Of a stretch of DNA of 64,000 nt, positions 51,701-64,000 are shown piece after piece; the first letter of the stretch is position 1; every line of letters starts with the position of its first letter. The notes under the pieces are model-generated. The model did no database searches. It was not told the origin of the DNA and saw only the letters and a list, made by a program, of their open reading frames with translations. A program made the translations under genes and the position numbers. The DNA is from Octopus bimaculoides (lineage: Eukaryota): the NCBI RefSeq assembly GCF_001194135.2, contig NC_068982.1, forward strand, positions 136,158,294-136,222,293, written 5' to 3'.

Positions 51701-53049
51701 TTATAAAGGTGTCCGATTTGGCTCGAGGTAATTAGCGATAGGATGTGTGAATTCATCACTGTAGGCAACGTTTGCAAAGTAAAATTGATTATGAATTTAT
51801 TAGCAATATTGAAGTGGATTCCTCCCTAACAGACGATAAACGGTAAGAAATTTGTCTGTCTAGGTTATATAAACTTGAGATAGGTAAGGCTGCAGAAGGT
51901 GACCCAAGTCAGTGATAGGTCACAAGTTAGTATGGAGCCATATTATACCGCCACCCTCTTGTAGGGGATATTTTACAATAATTTTATATTTTTGTCTTAA
52001 TTAAATAGATCAGAAAAACGTAAGTTTGTGAGAGTGTAGTGTACATGCATATTGGGGCTTTATTTTGAAATGTGTAATAAATGACGTCCTTTGTCAACAA
52101 ATACATGATATATTTTTGACTGGATGTTGAATGTTTGAAGTTAAAGATTACGGTAATAAACTGGGGAACGCTTACGTTTTAACAGTACCCGATGTTCTAC
52201 TGGTATCTATCCTAAGAAAAGTGACTTTTACAGCTATTTTTCAGTGCTTCTTATTATTCATTTTATTGAATGCCACAAGCTTTCATAGAGTGGCTGTGGA
52301 TTTTAATTTAAAAGCACACAATTTGGGGAATTTTGAAGTAGATAGATTATTCATAAAGCTAGAACGCCTACTCACTATCATTCATCAAACGAACGAAATG
52401 AATGTTACAATAGAGTGATATGGAAACTACTGGGTTAACTTTAATTTAAACAAAAGAAAATTATAAAAGTATAGAACGAAGACCTCCCGTTTGCTTTTAT
52501 GAATATTAACTCAATGGCTTCTTGAACTTTAAACACTCAGTCACCTTATAGCGTAATGTTTAAATTTGTGCGTCATTCCACGAAAGAAAGTTCATGTCAT
52601 TTGGAATTTTAATTATTTGACATTGATAAAATCACTTCCAGATCAGGTTTTCAATACATTAACAAATATATTTAGCTATCACAAAACACCCCACCAAAAA
52701 TAAAAGAAAACAACCGAACAAAGAAGCGAAAAAATCGATCCATTAATTGAAAATGTGTTAGTCATTAGAATACTCTCGTAACACCGAATTTTAATTAAAT
52801 TAATACTGGGGCAGCGTGATACAATCTCAACAAGTCATTTATCTCGATCACCTGTATCAAAGACACAAGATAATTCTGATGAAAACTACAAATATTTCTA
52901 CTCAGTGATCGCTTCACTCTTAAATACTGCTACTAATGCAGTGGTAACATAATATTGTGTAAGTCATGGACGATAAGTACATATCAACCCAGTTGTGTGA
53001 TACAAAAGCGTAAACAAGTGTCTGATTATTTCAATGATTAACACATGCT

Positions 53050-54272
53050 CTAATTATTGTTTTAAATTGTAGTACAAGGCCAGTCATATTAATGGAAGGA
53101 GAGATACTTGGTTGGTACTTTATAAATACTTTATTTTATGATCGCAAAGTTGATCTCAAAAAGTTTTGTACTCAGAACGTAAACAGTCGGAAGAAATGGC
53201 AATATATATTTTGTCCGATGCTTTTCTAAGCCTGCCTTATGATATGTTCTACTACACCTTTCTATTATAGACACAATGCCTGAAATTTAGGAGATGGGCA
53301 AATCGATGAGATCAAACCCACTACTCAACTGATATTTATTTCATCGAACTCGAAAGGATGAAAGGCAAAGTCGATTCGGCTGAATTCGAGACACAGAACG
53401 TAAAAACGGATGAAATGCGTGAGGCATATTGTCCGGCATGCTAACAATTCTGCCAGATCTCCGTTCTGTGGTATGTTCTAAAAATAAACAATCATAAATT
53501 CTTTTGTTTTGTTTCGTACTCTTACCAAATGTATGGTTTTACTCATGAATCCACAGCCTCATTTTCTTTATAATTTTCGCCCGTGACTTAAGGCGGCAAG
53601 CTGGTAGAAGCGTTAGCACGCCAGGCGAAATGATTACGGTATTTCGTCTGTCTTTACATTCTGAGTTCAAATTCCACCGCCGAAGTCGACTTTGCCTTTC
53701 ACCCTTTCGGGATCGATAAATTACGTACAAGTTGCGTACTGGGGTCGATCTAATCGACTGGCCCCATCCCCCAAAATTTCAGGCCTTGTGCCTAGAGTAG
53801 ATAAAATTTTCGCCCGTGGATGCAATTTTATATAATCAATAATTATTTATTTCGAATTGTGGCCCACGGCCAGTAATTTCGGGGAAGGTGTTAAGTCGAT
53901 TACACTGGTATTTATTTCATCGATCCCGAAAGGATGAGAGGTCAAGTTGACCTTGGCGGAATATGAACTCAGAACGTAAAGACGGACGGAATGCTGCTAA
54001 GCATTTCGCTAAGAATTTCGTCCAGCCTGTAAACGACTGTACCAGCTCGCCGCCTTCATATATTCTATAACTAATTTTGGCACATGGTCAGTAATTTCGG
54101 GGAATGGGTAAGTCATTGGCATTCAACTCAACTGGTACTTATTTTATCGACCCCGAAAGGATGAAAGGCAAATTCGACCTCGACAGAATTTGAACTCAGA
54201 ACGTTGCGGCAGACGAAATACCGCTAAGCATTTCACCAGGCGTGCTAACGATCCTGCCAGCTCGCCACCTTT
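53050..54272. mobile_element. Cluster of five OR2-like SINEs in mixed orientation
   Basis: About 53050-53230(-), 53260-53470(-), 53590-53804(+; TSD aattttcgcccgtg at 53572-53585 and 53805-53818), 53860-54056(-), 54070-54272(-). Confidence 0.87.
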
Positions 54273-54971
54273 AAAGTAGCCTGGTGTCATCCCGCTATGC
54301 TACATCACTGAGTAGGTGTACTGGCCTACGCAAGAGTAAGATGAATGTAAGAAATTAATACCTTTGTTGATAGCTTCTGGAGTGTGAAATACATCGTTAA
54401 TCAGATACCGAGTGCCCTGAAATGCCGCCATGAAACAAAAATGTATTATCATTAAAACCTATTATTAAACGTTAGACGCTGACAGTATATCATTCCAGAC
54501 ACCGACGCAAAGCTGTACTTTAATATCTCACCGAGGCTTTAACTACAAACACTGAATTACAAAATAGTACAATGTACAAGACAGCGACTTTTGCAGTATT
54601 TAAATTATATCACATGTGAAATGTACCTAGATTTACAAGCATAATACCTACACACCTTTAACCTAAGTTGTACTTACTCATTTTCCATTATTCAAATTAA
54701 AAGAAAATATCTATAATATCAGTGGAATATCTTTTAGAAATTTGATAGGAAAAGAATAGGTTATTGATCTTTCACGATGTATACCTAATGACGACGTATA
54801 TTGCGTTCAAATGATTCTTTATCATGTCCAGACGGACGACTGAAATTTTTTGAAAGTTTCTCCTCCACGTTTAAATCCCGATTGATAAATAATATTCTCC
54901 TGATAGCTGTCAGTATCAACTACCTTCAGCTAATTTGAAATTTCTGTTTTGTGAGATGGATGTGTTGACAG

Positions 54972-55220
54972 GGTCATAGTGAGGATGATGATGATGCTGA
55001 TGATGATGACGACGACGACGATGACGACGAGGTTGATCATGGAAAGGAGAAGGAGGATGATTGCAACATCGATGGTAATGGTGACGATAGTGACAACGAG
55101 GATGCGGATTACGAGAACGAGATAATGATGAAGAGGTTGTGAAGGATGAGAAAGATGTAACTGAGAAGGAGGACAACGAGAAGGATGCTGATGATGGTGG
55201 GGAGGAGGATAAAGTAAGGA
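54972..55220. repeat. Degenerate (GAT/GAC/GAG)n trinucleotide tract
   Basis: Directly visible; the acidic reading frame shifts near 55122. Confidence 0.8.
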
Positions 55221-56639
55221 AGATGATTGATGGTGTTAGTAGGGTTGATTGTGAAAATGATAATCAAGTTACTAAACAAAGAAAACGAAATAAATGTTTC
55301 TCCTGAAGGACTGGCTTCTGTCTACTTGTGTGTGTCGATAATGTGGAAGAAGATAATTGTTTCCATTCTTTCAATGATAAAATGCCCCACTTCCTTGGAT
55401 GCAGGAAGGTGCAAAGAGAGAATTTGTTTCAGTGCTTTAATATTTATACCAAGAGGCCAGCCCTTGATTAGAACCTGAAACCAGACCGAATTGCAATGAA
55501 AGCCGAAAAGATGTCTGCCTGCCTCCATTTCTGTCTCCAACATCACGCAGTTTTATAGATTCGCTCAGTTGCTCAGTACTTATATCGAAACACACGCAGA
55601 CACATTATACACTCACTCGCACATTATATATACACTCTTTTTTTTTTAAATATATTTCTCTCATATTCTGTTTTCGCCTCTTACATTAATTTATCTCTCT
55701 TTACCCACTTCTTTTCCCCCAACTGTGTCTCTTTCAATCTGATTTTATATCAACCGCTATTACGATAAAAGATGAAGCAATACAATCAATTATATTCATA
55801 CACATTCTCTTTCAGACTCCTTCCTTCCTTTCTCTCTATTTTTAAATATCTCCTGTTTTTCTATTATTCAAACTAGACAAACCATTGTATCAGCGCGCAT
55901 ACATTTGAAAAGAAATATAATCCAGTACAAAATAATGAAAATGCGAGATGACAGATAAAAATATTCCATTCTATTACAATCACAAGACGGGGAAATATAC
56001 TATTGTTCGATAAATTAATTTAGCTGTGACAAGCTATGATCGAGCGCAATAAAACGTATATGTGATGTTGGCTTCATTTTCGATATCAACACATAATATA
56101 TTAAACAAGGGAATGGCACACATAACTTAGATGGACTTAGCCTTACACAAACTGACGGCAATTTGTAGGAGAATGCATTTAGTCCTGAATCGGCAAAGAA
56201 ACTGAAAAGAGAAATGAAGAAAAGAAAAATATATATTTCTTCGTCCGTGCAAGTGAATTTGTACGGGTATAAGAAATATCATGCCATACATTAGACACGA
56301 AGAAGTACAAGTAAAATTGCATGTGAATATACATCGAAGGAGCCCCAGGGAATATTCTATAATCTTAGATAATACACATTCTCGATAAAAACCAAATGTG
56401 TTTAGAATTCTGCAGTGCAAAAACTGCAACTGTGAAAGGTGATGGATGGTGGTAATGGCTTCGAGCTCACAGTTATCCATTGTGTAAGCTTATGATGTTC
56501 TTTACTAATCAGAGTAGTATACTCGCTGCAATGGTCATTGCCAAGGTGGGCTGTTAACACGGTATTAGGGGTAACATTTCATAATTGGTCTACTCCTATG
56601 TAAGTTTATCGATAATTAACAAGAAAAAATAATCCCGGT

Positions 56640-56962
56640 ATTCTGTCGGTTGCACCGACGATGGTTCCGTTTGAATCAACGGAGCAGTCTGGTCATGAAA
56701 TTAACGTAGAAGTGGCTGAGTATTCCACAGACTCGTGTAACCATAACGTAGTTCTCAAGGAAATTCAGCTTTCAGTGTCATACAGAATGTAACAAGGATG
56801 GCTATTTGAAATGCAGGCACAACTTACTTTTGCAAGCTCAGTTGACTGGAACAACGTCAAATAAAATGCCTTGCTCAAGACCAAAACGTGCCTCAAGCTA
56901 TCGAACTAACAGCCTCACAACCCTGATCCGAATGCTCCAACCACTCGGTTACATGCCTTCGC
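56640..56962 (-). mobile_element. Third-family SINE
   Basis: Reverse complement features ..gtggctgagtattccacagac..gccttgctcaag..cgaatgctccaaccact. Confidence 0.8.
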
Positions 56963-58309
56963 CATACGATTAACAAAACTAAGGTAAAATTGCAGTGACG
57001 ACTGATAACATGTCCACCCTTACGTCGACTGATCATTCCCTTTTTGGGTTTTATCGACTTGTACGACAAAGAAGACCGAAAAAACTGTAGTTTACAACTA
57101 GTGTACATGTTAGGCAACTATTCGCTATAAACCATGCATTAAGCAGTCCTTAGTAACATCGTTTACATAGCAACTGCTGAGTCACTATTGGTTTAGAAAT
57201 ATTTGTAATGTAATCGTGTGTGTGAAACAATTTGAAAAAAACCATCTAAAACGAGGAATTGTTTGATTGGTCCCAAAAGTATTCACGCTTGTTCACGTAT
57301 TGTCAAAATTGGTGCGCAAGGGGATTACACATCTTTGCTTCCTATATCCAGAGGGAAGGGCCGTGTGCGTATCACTTGTAGGGTTACCTGTACTAGTAAG
57401 ATTGCTTGGATGGGAGGGATACGTTCTCACTTGCAAGTCTAAACCTGCAGGAAATACATGTGAAGGGAAGGAGTTCCATTAGGTTGACGGAGTGGACATG
57501 AAGAACTACACACAGTGGTTCGTTCGGAATATAAGGAAGTGGTGGACACAAAATTGGGAAAGAGGAGTAGCAATGGAATGTCTTATTGGAAGCGGCACAA
57601 AATGGATCATCTCGGGAAAGCTTATTAGAGTTGCAGTAGAAAACGTAGAGAAAGGGAGGGCGAAATAAGGAAAAGAGTGAAAAAGATGGGAGAACGCCAG
57701 TAGATGAGACGCTTCGAGGGTGAGTATTTCTCATTATCACTATATTCTCTCTGTCAGACATAGACTCGTGCAAAACTGTTTCTATATCTTTTATACAGGG
57801 GCTTAACTTATTGTCCTCTGGTACTGTTCCCTTAGCGTATAACTGCCTAATTTAATCCTCATGGAAGCGAGACAGTGCACCTAGGTTAGTCCCACAACAG
57901 CTAAGTAACCATCCATCACGAATCCTGTGCAGCGTAGGATGTTCTGACAAGAGGTAAGGATGGCGTTACTCCTCACGCTTGTTCAGCACACCGTTGGCTT
58001 GAGCGTGTGTATATTTATGAATACGTACGCACGCTGATAAATACGTTCATAAGAGTGATCATTTATGAGTACATATGTAAAGAACGGGAAGGGAAGCACG
58101 CAGAAAATACACACTCATACCTGTATGTGTGCGTGTGTGTGTTTTCGCAAATATATTTTTGTTCATGGATACTTGTTGTGTATACAATTAAGTATTAATC
58201 AGGCTTCTATCCTTTTTCGTTTCCGCCGTCTTCTTTTTGCATATGTTTATGAATGCGTGTGTGTATCAAGGCGGTTGTATATGTGCCTGCAAGTCATATA
58301 ATCATACAT

Positions 58310-58334
58310 ACATACATACAGACAGACAGACAGA

Positions 58335-58411
<77 letters not shown>

Positions 58412-58412
58412 T
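58310..58412. repeat. (CATA)/(CAGA)/(CA)n microsatellite
   Basis: Directly visible. Confidence 0.95.
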
Positions 58413-58424
58413 TAGATAGGTTTC

Positions 58425-58830
58425 GGCCACATTCGACCAGGGAATAGTTAACTTAATAGCACCACTTGAAAAAGACATTTAGTTATGTATTTTTGTATAG
58501 TTATTTTTAAGCACCATTTCCCATTCGATTAAAGAGCTGTTTGCAGCAGTATATCCGGGTGTAGTTGGTTTATCTGCAATTTGATGGAGATCTTCATCCA
58601 GGAACCTTTGAAGGTTATGAAATCCTTTTCCTCCTATATATGTTTTGGAAAGATGTTAAAAAGAGAAGGTCCATTTGAGGACAAGCAGTTCTGTCTTATT
58701 ATTGTGATGTGCTGAGAGCACGATTTCTGTAGAGGACGCATGTCACACAGACCAAGCCTTGGGTGGATTTTAAAAGCGATACCGATATCATTTGGGCAAT
58801 AATGTCCGAACAATTTCCGCATCATACAAA
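58425..58830 (-). mobile_element. CR1-clade LINE 3' relic (second family)
   Basis: ..AFKIHPRLG..QNCLSSNGPSLFNIFPKHI..FK..DE.. is positionally equivalent to the 18683-18940 relic. Confidence 0.7.
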
Positions 58831-59032
58831 TAATAAAGCGCTTCCGGCGGCGTGATGTCTGTGAGTGTGTGTGCACGCATGTCTCACATATATGCTAGTA
58901 TATATCTTTTTGGTGTGTACAATATTAGGTATGCATGTGTGTGTGTGCATGCGGACGTGCATGCATGTATAAAGATGTGCGAGGACATAAAGGTGAGTGT
59001 GTATACGTGTGATCTTTGTGCATGCACATAGA

Positions 59033-59235
<203 letters not shown>

Positions 59236-59654
59236 GTGTGTTACTTCCCTGTTGTACCACCACCACTTTTACGCATAATAAACTGTTATTTTGTGCGTGT
59301 ATTTATTTCGTGTATATATGAGTGCCTGTGTTATTCCAATTAGCTCACTTCCTACCAAATTATACAAAAGCTGAAGAAAATTTGAATAAAGGAAACACAT
59401 ACACACATAAGCACACACACACAGACACGCCCGCCCACCGAAACTATGAAAGAAGAAAAGAAACAAAGACTCCACCTACAAATAACTCCTTTTAACGCTT
59501 TCACAATTATTAATAACCTTTATATTAATATATATCTCAATATGTTTGTCATCGTTCTACCGTAGCGAATTAATAGATGTAAAGAATGGGGAATTCTGGG
59601 AAGAATTTTGACAAGGACGGGGATAAGAGGGTGTTGGCAGAGACAGCAATTTGC

Positions 59655-59703
<49 letters not shown>

Positions 59704-59950
59704 TGGTAGTTTTATTTTTTTCATGTGCTTTCACTGCAATACCGAACGGATCTCTGTGTGCTTTGTATATACGTCGTGGTTTGTTGTGGTGCTCTTACTT
59801 CCACTGTATTGAAAGTGTTTTATGTAGGATGTGTGCGGTGCACAGCATTGCTTCTTAGTCCTGATTTATGTGGTTATGTATTTGTCTAAATGTTTTCTTT
59901 TATCGCACCTATTGCGCCTACTATGACAGGAATTCTGTTCTTAGTTATTA
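59655..59950 (-). mobile_element. R4/Dong-like extreme 3' end with (TAA)n tail
   Basis: Minus strand RIPVIVGAIGAIKENI.. then ..gcaccgcacacatcctacataaaacactttcaata (TAHILHKTLSI), a UTR, and a (TAA)n tail at 59655-59702. Confidence 0.7.
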
Positions 59951-60084
59951 ATATTAATATTTTGCGAAATATTTGGTGTTCGTGGTGATGTTGTTTGGTG
60001 GTGTATACGTTGGGTAGAAGGGTGTCGCAGTTAATATAATGTTGGAGATTAAAGCTGAGTGATTTAAAATATAAAAATGTGGAT

Positions 60085-60470
60085 AGTCGATAGTCTTCTC
60101 AGTTTTCTAACATTTTTCAATTTTTTCAATTTCTTTGCTATCGACTCTGCAGTCATAAGGAGCTTCAAACACTACGACCTTGCGCTATTTGTTCATATAG
60201 TCCTATATGATCATATCCAAACTTGCTTCAATAGTACGGTCAGTCTTTATGGGGAAATCCCACAGGATCTTGTAATTCTCATTTATTATCGCCTTCTCTT
60301 GCTCGTGTTCATGCCACTTTCCTGGTGCCTTGAAGTCATACACACGACCAACGCCCCAAATGCAATCTTTTTGACTACGCACGTCCTCGTTCATACTCAT
60401 TTTGCTCTAGAACACTGCACTTGCTGAAAGGGTGATTGGTATTTTCGTCAATCTTCCAGCAGATTTTACA
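60085..60470 (-). mobile_element. R4/Dong-clade CCHC-REL relic
   Basis: CKICWKIDENTNH..KCSVLEQNEY..; KWHEHEQEKAIINENYKILWDFPIKTDRTIEA. Confidence 0.8.
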
Positions 60471-60619
60471 TCATTATTATTATTATAAACCACAAAGAAC
60501 TAATCGCTAGAAAAATTCTCAACTTCAGTTTCAAAAGAAAAATAAGCCCCATTTTCTACAACATGTATTGAACAACCCTTTCTCATATGTGCGACAGAAA
60601 GCAAAGTACTTATGTGTGT

Positions 60620-61140
60620 GTATAGATTGCTAGCCACTATACCGTTTTCTATTTTCTCTCCCTGTTTCTTTCTGTGTTCCTATCTGTTGAAGAGCGTTGG
60701 CTGGAAACGTAAAAAATTTCTCACTTCCCGAACGTTAAACTAATGCATCTGTTTGTTGTTTACACACCCGTCTTCGTCTTTTGTTTTTTTGTAAATTCTC
60801 ACTATATATTTATTTTTATTTATTTATTTATGTGTTTCAGCCAAGTGGCTGCGGTCATGCTGGTGCACCACCGTGAAACGTAAAGACAGACGAAATACCG
60901 CTAAGCATTTTGCCCGGCGTGCTAACGATTCTGCCAGCTCACCGCCTATAGTTCACCATGTTGTACCTCTGAAATCTACAAGTTTTGTTCATTCACCCTC
61001 TGTTTATTTTCTCTTATTCCTTTCTTTTGAAGAGCTTAGGCTTGAAACGTAAAAGACTTTTTCATTTTCCCGAGGGTCAAACTAATACCCTTACTTGTCT
61101 TCGTCTTTTGCTTTTCTATAAATTTCAACTATATATTTGT
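60620..61140 (+). mobile_element. Two same-strand Penelope/retrozyme-like units with degenerate hammerhead motifs (60678-60716, 61019-61056), separated by SINE pieces
   Basis: ctgttgaagagcgttggctggaaacgtaaaa and cttttgaagagcttaggcttgaaacgtaaaag, each followed by the conserved downstream block also seen at 46614-46720. Confidence 0.6.
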
Positions 61141-61159
61141 ATATATACATATATATGTG

Positions 61160-61545
61160 TTATTTCTTTACTACCCACAAGGGTACACGCAGAGGGGACA
61201 CACAAGGACAAACGGATTAAGTCGATTATATCGACCCCACTTCGTAACTGGTACTTATTTAATTGACCCCGAAAGGATGAAAGGCAAAGTCGACCTCGGC
61301 GGAATTTGAACTCAGAACGTAGCGGCAGACGAAATACTGCTAAGCATTTCGCCCGGCCTGCAAACCTCTTCTTATTTCTTTGTTGCCCACAAGGTGCTAC
61401 ACACAGAGGGGACAAACAAGCACAGACAAATGGATTAAGTCGATTACATCGACCCTAGTGCGTAACTGGTACTTAATTTATCGACCCCGAAAGGATGAAA
61501 AGCAAAGTCGACCTCGGCGGAATTTCAACTCAGAACGTAACGGCA
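61160..61545 (-). mobile_element. Two tandem OR2-like SINE units (tail A type)
   Basis: Reverse complement of the head, core and tail; about 61160-61365 and 61370-61545. Confidence 0.87.
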
Positions 61546-62004
61546 TATGTGTGTGTGGATGTGTGTGTCTTGGGTGGCTGTGTGTGTGTGTATTATTCAC
61601 AAACAAACACACACACACACTCACATACACACACACATAAATATATATAGGCATTATTATTTTAAGCACTTTCATTTGGCTCCATGTTTCTTCAAGTTTT
61701 GCAGGCTACTTACAGAAACCTATCTCGTCGGACCCAGTTAATCGAATGGAGAGATGCATTCTATTAACTAAGCTCTACGACTTAGCTTTCGGTAAGATGT
61801 CTGAAAATTTAAAGCGACATGCGTTTGAATCAGCCTAATTTATATAATAACAGTAACTCCTGTTAAATGTGTGGATTGCCTCTTTATTTGGTTTGTCTAA
61901 CTCACCCATATATATACATATATATTTGTGTGTGTATGTGTGTGTGTGGTATATATATGTGTGTGTGTGTGTGTGGTATACATATGTGTGTGTATTCTTT
62001 TATT

Positions 62005-62515
62005 CTTTTATTTGTTTCACTCATTTGACTGCGGTCATGCTGGAACACCGACTTTAGTAGAACAAATCGACCCGCGGACTTATTCTTTATAAACCTAGTA
62101 CTTATTCTATCGGCCGCTTTTGCGGAACCACTAAGTTACGAGGACTTAAACATACCAACATCGGTTGTCGAACGAGAGGACAAACAGATTAAATAAGTAC
62201 CAGGAACGCACTGGGGTCGATATAATCGACTTAATCCGTTTGTCCGTCCCTTCTGTGTGTACCCTTGTGGGTGGTAAAGAAATAACACATATATATGTAT
62301 ATATACAAATACACACACACACAAACACACACATATATATTAAATCACACACGATGGGCTTCTTTTAGTTTCTGTCTACCAAATCCACTCAAGGCTTTGG
62401 TCGTCCCGAGGCTATAGTAGAATACAGTTGCCCAAGGTGCCAAACAGTGGGACTGATCTCGGAATCATGTGGTTAGCAAGCAATCTACTTACCACACAGC
62501 TACTCCTGCGCCTAT
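62005..62515 (-). mobile_element. OK-like SINE with a nested plus-strand OR2-like 3' fragment (about 62190-62285)
   Basis: OK tail at 62005-62175 and head at 62350-62515; intervening taaataagtaccagg..ggggtcgatataatcgacttaatccg..gtaaagaaata is on the opposite strand. Confidence 0.87.
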
Positions 62516-62550
62516 AAATAAATAAATAAATAAATAAATATATATATATA

Positions 62551-62831
62551 NNNNNNNNNNNNNNNNNNNNNNNNNNNNNNNNNNNNNNNNNNNNNNNNNN
62601 NNNNNNNNNNNNNNNNNNNNNNNNNNNNNNNNNNNNNNNNNNNNNNNNNNNNNNNNNNNNNNNNNNNNNNNNNNNNNNNNNNNNNNNNNNNNNNNNNNNN
62701 NNNNNNNNNNNNNNNNNNNNNNNNNNNNNNNNNNNNNNNNNNNNNNNNNNNNNNNNNNNNNNNNNNNNNNNNNNNNNNNNNNNNNNNNNNNNNNNNNNNN
62801 NNNNNNNNNNNNNNNNNNNNNNNNNNNNNNN
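62551..62831. other. Assembly gap (N)
   Basis: Run of N. Confidence 1.
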
Positions 62832-62864
<33 letters not shown>

Positions 62865-63567
62865 TACATGTATGTATGTGCTTTCGTCTAATATTGATAT
62901 TTCAACATTTAGCCTAACAATGGGTAAAACTGGAATGATCATTTAAATAAAACTCTATTGTAAATTGACCTTTTAAATCACCATCATCAACTCCAATTAT
63001 CTTTTGTTTATTTATATGCTTCAACGATTTTATCTCAATATTAAAAACAAATCTTTATAGCGAAATTAATTCCCAAACGTGAAATACCTATTGTATTTCA
63101 TTTTGTCTTTGAAATAACCATCAAACTTCTTTGTCTCACTTTCTCTCTCTCGCTCTCTCTCTCTCAAGCACACACACACGCACTTATATACACACACCAC
63201 ACACACACGTACACAGACACGCTCTTTCTCTCTTACTCTTTCTCTCTCATACACTTTTTCACTCTCTCACACTCTCCTCTCTCTGTGTCACGCACGCCAT
63301 AATTAAACTACATAAATATTCATTTTCTTCGTGTGATTCTTCTTCTTCTTCTTCTTCTAAAACTACCAATAATATTACTACCACCAACAACGATACCACC
63401 ACCACCACCACCACCACTACTACGACTACTACTACTACTAGTACTACTAACACTACTACTACTAATACTGTTTAGAAGGAGACGTTCATTCCCTTTGGCC
63501 ATACTACTTTCTAAGAATTTGGAGACAAGAAAAATCATATATACCTCATGAGCTTTGAGTAGCCAAT

Positions 63568-63569
63568 TA

Positions 63570-63627
<58 letters not shown>

Positions 63628-63805
63628 ATGAAAACACACCACTTATTTTGCTGGGTATGATGGCAAGTGTCAGCTGTCCACAGCTAGCAGACTAAGTTGA
63701 CTCTAATTTACTGGTCTTACATCAAAAACTTTCCGAAGAATTCTTGCAGTTCCAAGCAATACTGGTTGTTTTAGGTGTTCTACTTTCACACTTGCACCAA
63801 CTTAT
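63568..63805 (-). mobile_element. R4/Dong-like extreme 3' end with (TAA)n tail
   Basis: Minus strand VGASVKVEHLKQPVLLGTARILRKVFDV, a UTR, and a (TAA)n tail at 63568-63627. Confidence 0.8.
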
Positions 63806-63811
63806 TATTAT

Positions 63812-63918
63812 TGGTTCCATGGTAATGAACTGCTGGCACCGTAGTACATCTCCAGCGTTGAGAAGCTGTGCAAAGACAATAAATAATAATAATAATAATG
63901 ATAATAATAATAATGATG

Positions 63919-63985
<67 letters not shown>

Positions 63986-63997
63986 TAATAATAATAG
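63812..63997 (+). mobile_element. R4/Dong-like 3' UTR fragment with long (TAA)n tail
   Basis: catctccagcgttgagaagctgtgcaaagacaataaataat matches 3895-3945; (TAA)n runs to the window end. Confidence 0.75.
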
Positions 63998-64000
63998 AGT

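Noticed and set aside
54972-55213. Acidic D/E-rich exon candidate with AG and GTAAGG boundaries
   Set aside because: The acidic frame shifts near 55122 and then hits TGA; better explained as a decayed GAT/GAG microsatellite.
56169-56252. 84-bp exon-like segment (ENAFSPESAKKLKREMKKRKIYISSSVQ) between TAG and GTGAAT
   Set aside because: Weak polypyrimidine tract, no recognised homology and no supportable neighbouring exon; expected by chance.

Overview
AT-rich, repeat-saturated eukaryotic DNA from a gapped draft assembly (six N-gaps). The SINE families, Dong/R4-, CR1- and mariner-type relics and dense microsatellites resemble an octopus (cephalopod) genome; this is inference from remembered repeat families, not a database result. 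I cannot support any host protein-coding gene. Nearly all ORFs in the track are microsatellite, N-gap or transposon-relic translations. Content: about 10 fragments of R4/Dong-clade REL retrotransposons, mostly abutting (TAA)n; 2 CR1-clade 3' ends; 2 decayed mariners; a mariner MITE; a hAT MITE with intact 8-bp TSD; more than 30 tRNA-derived SINE copies of three families. The least explained structures are (i) a ~17.5-kb strand-biased degenerate ~55-61-bp tandem array with 1-2-kb higher-order repeats (32244-49740), (ii) four Penelope/retrozyme-type minimal hammerhead-ribozyme-like motifs of two kinds, and (iii) a zero-spacer palindrome of roughly 230-290 bp near 7.8-8.1 kb. Coordinates were counted by eye; ends of decayed elements are approximate.
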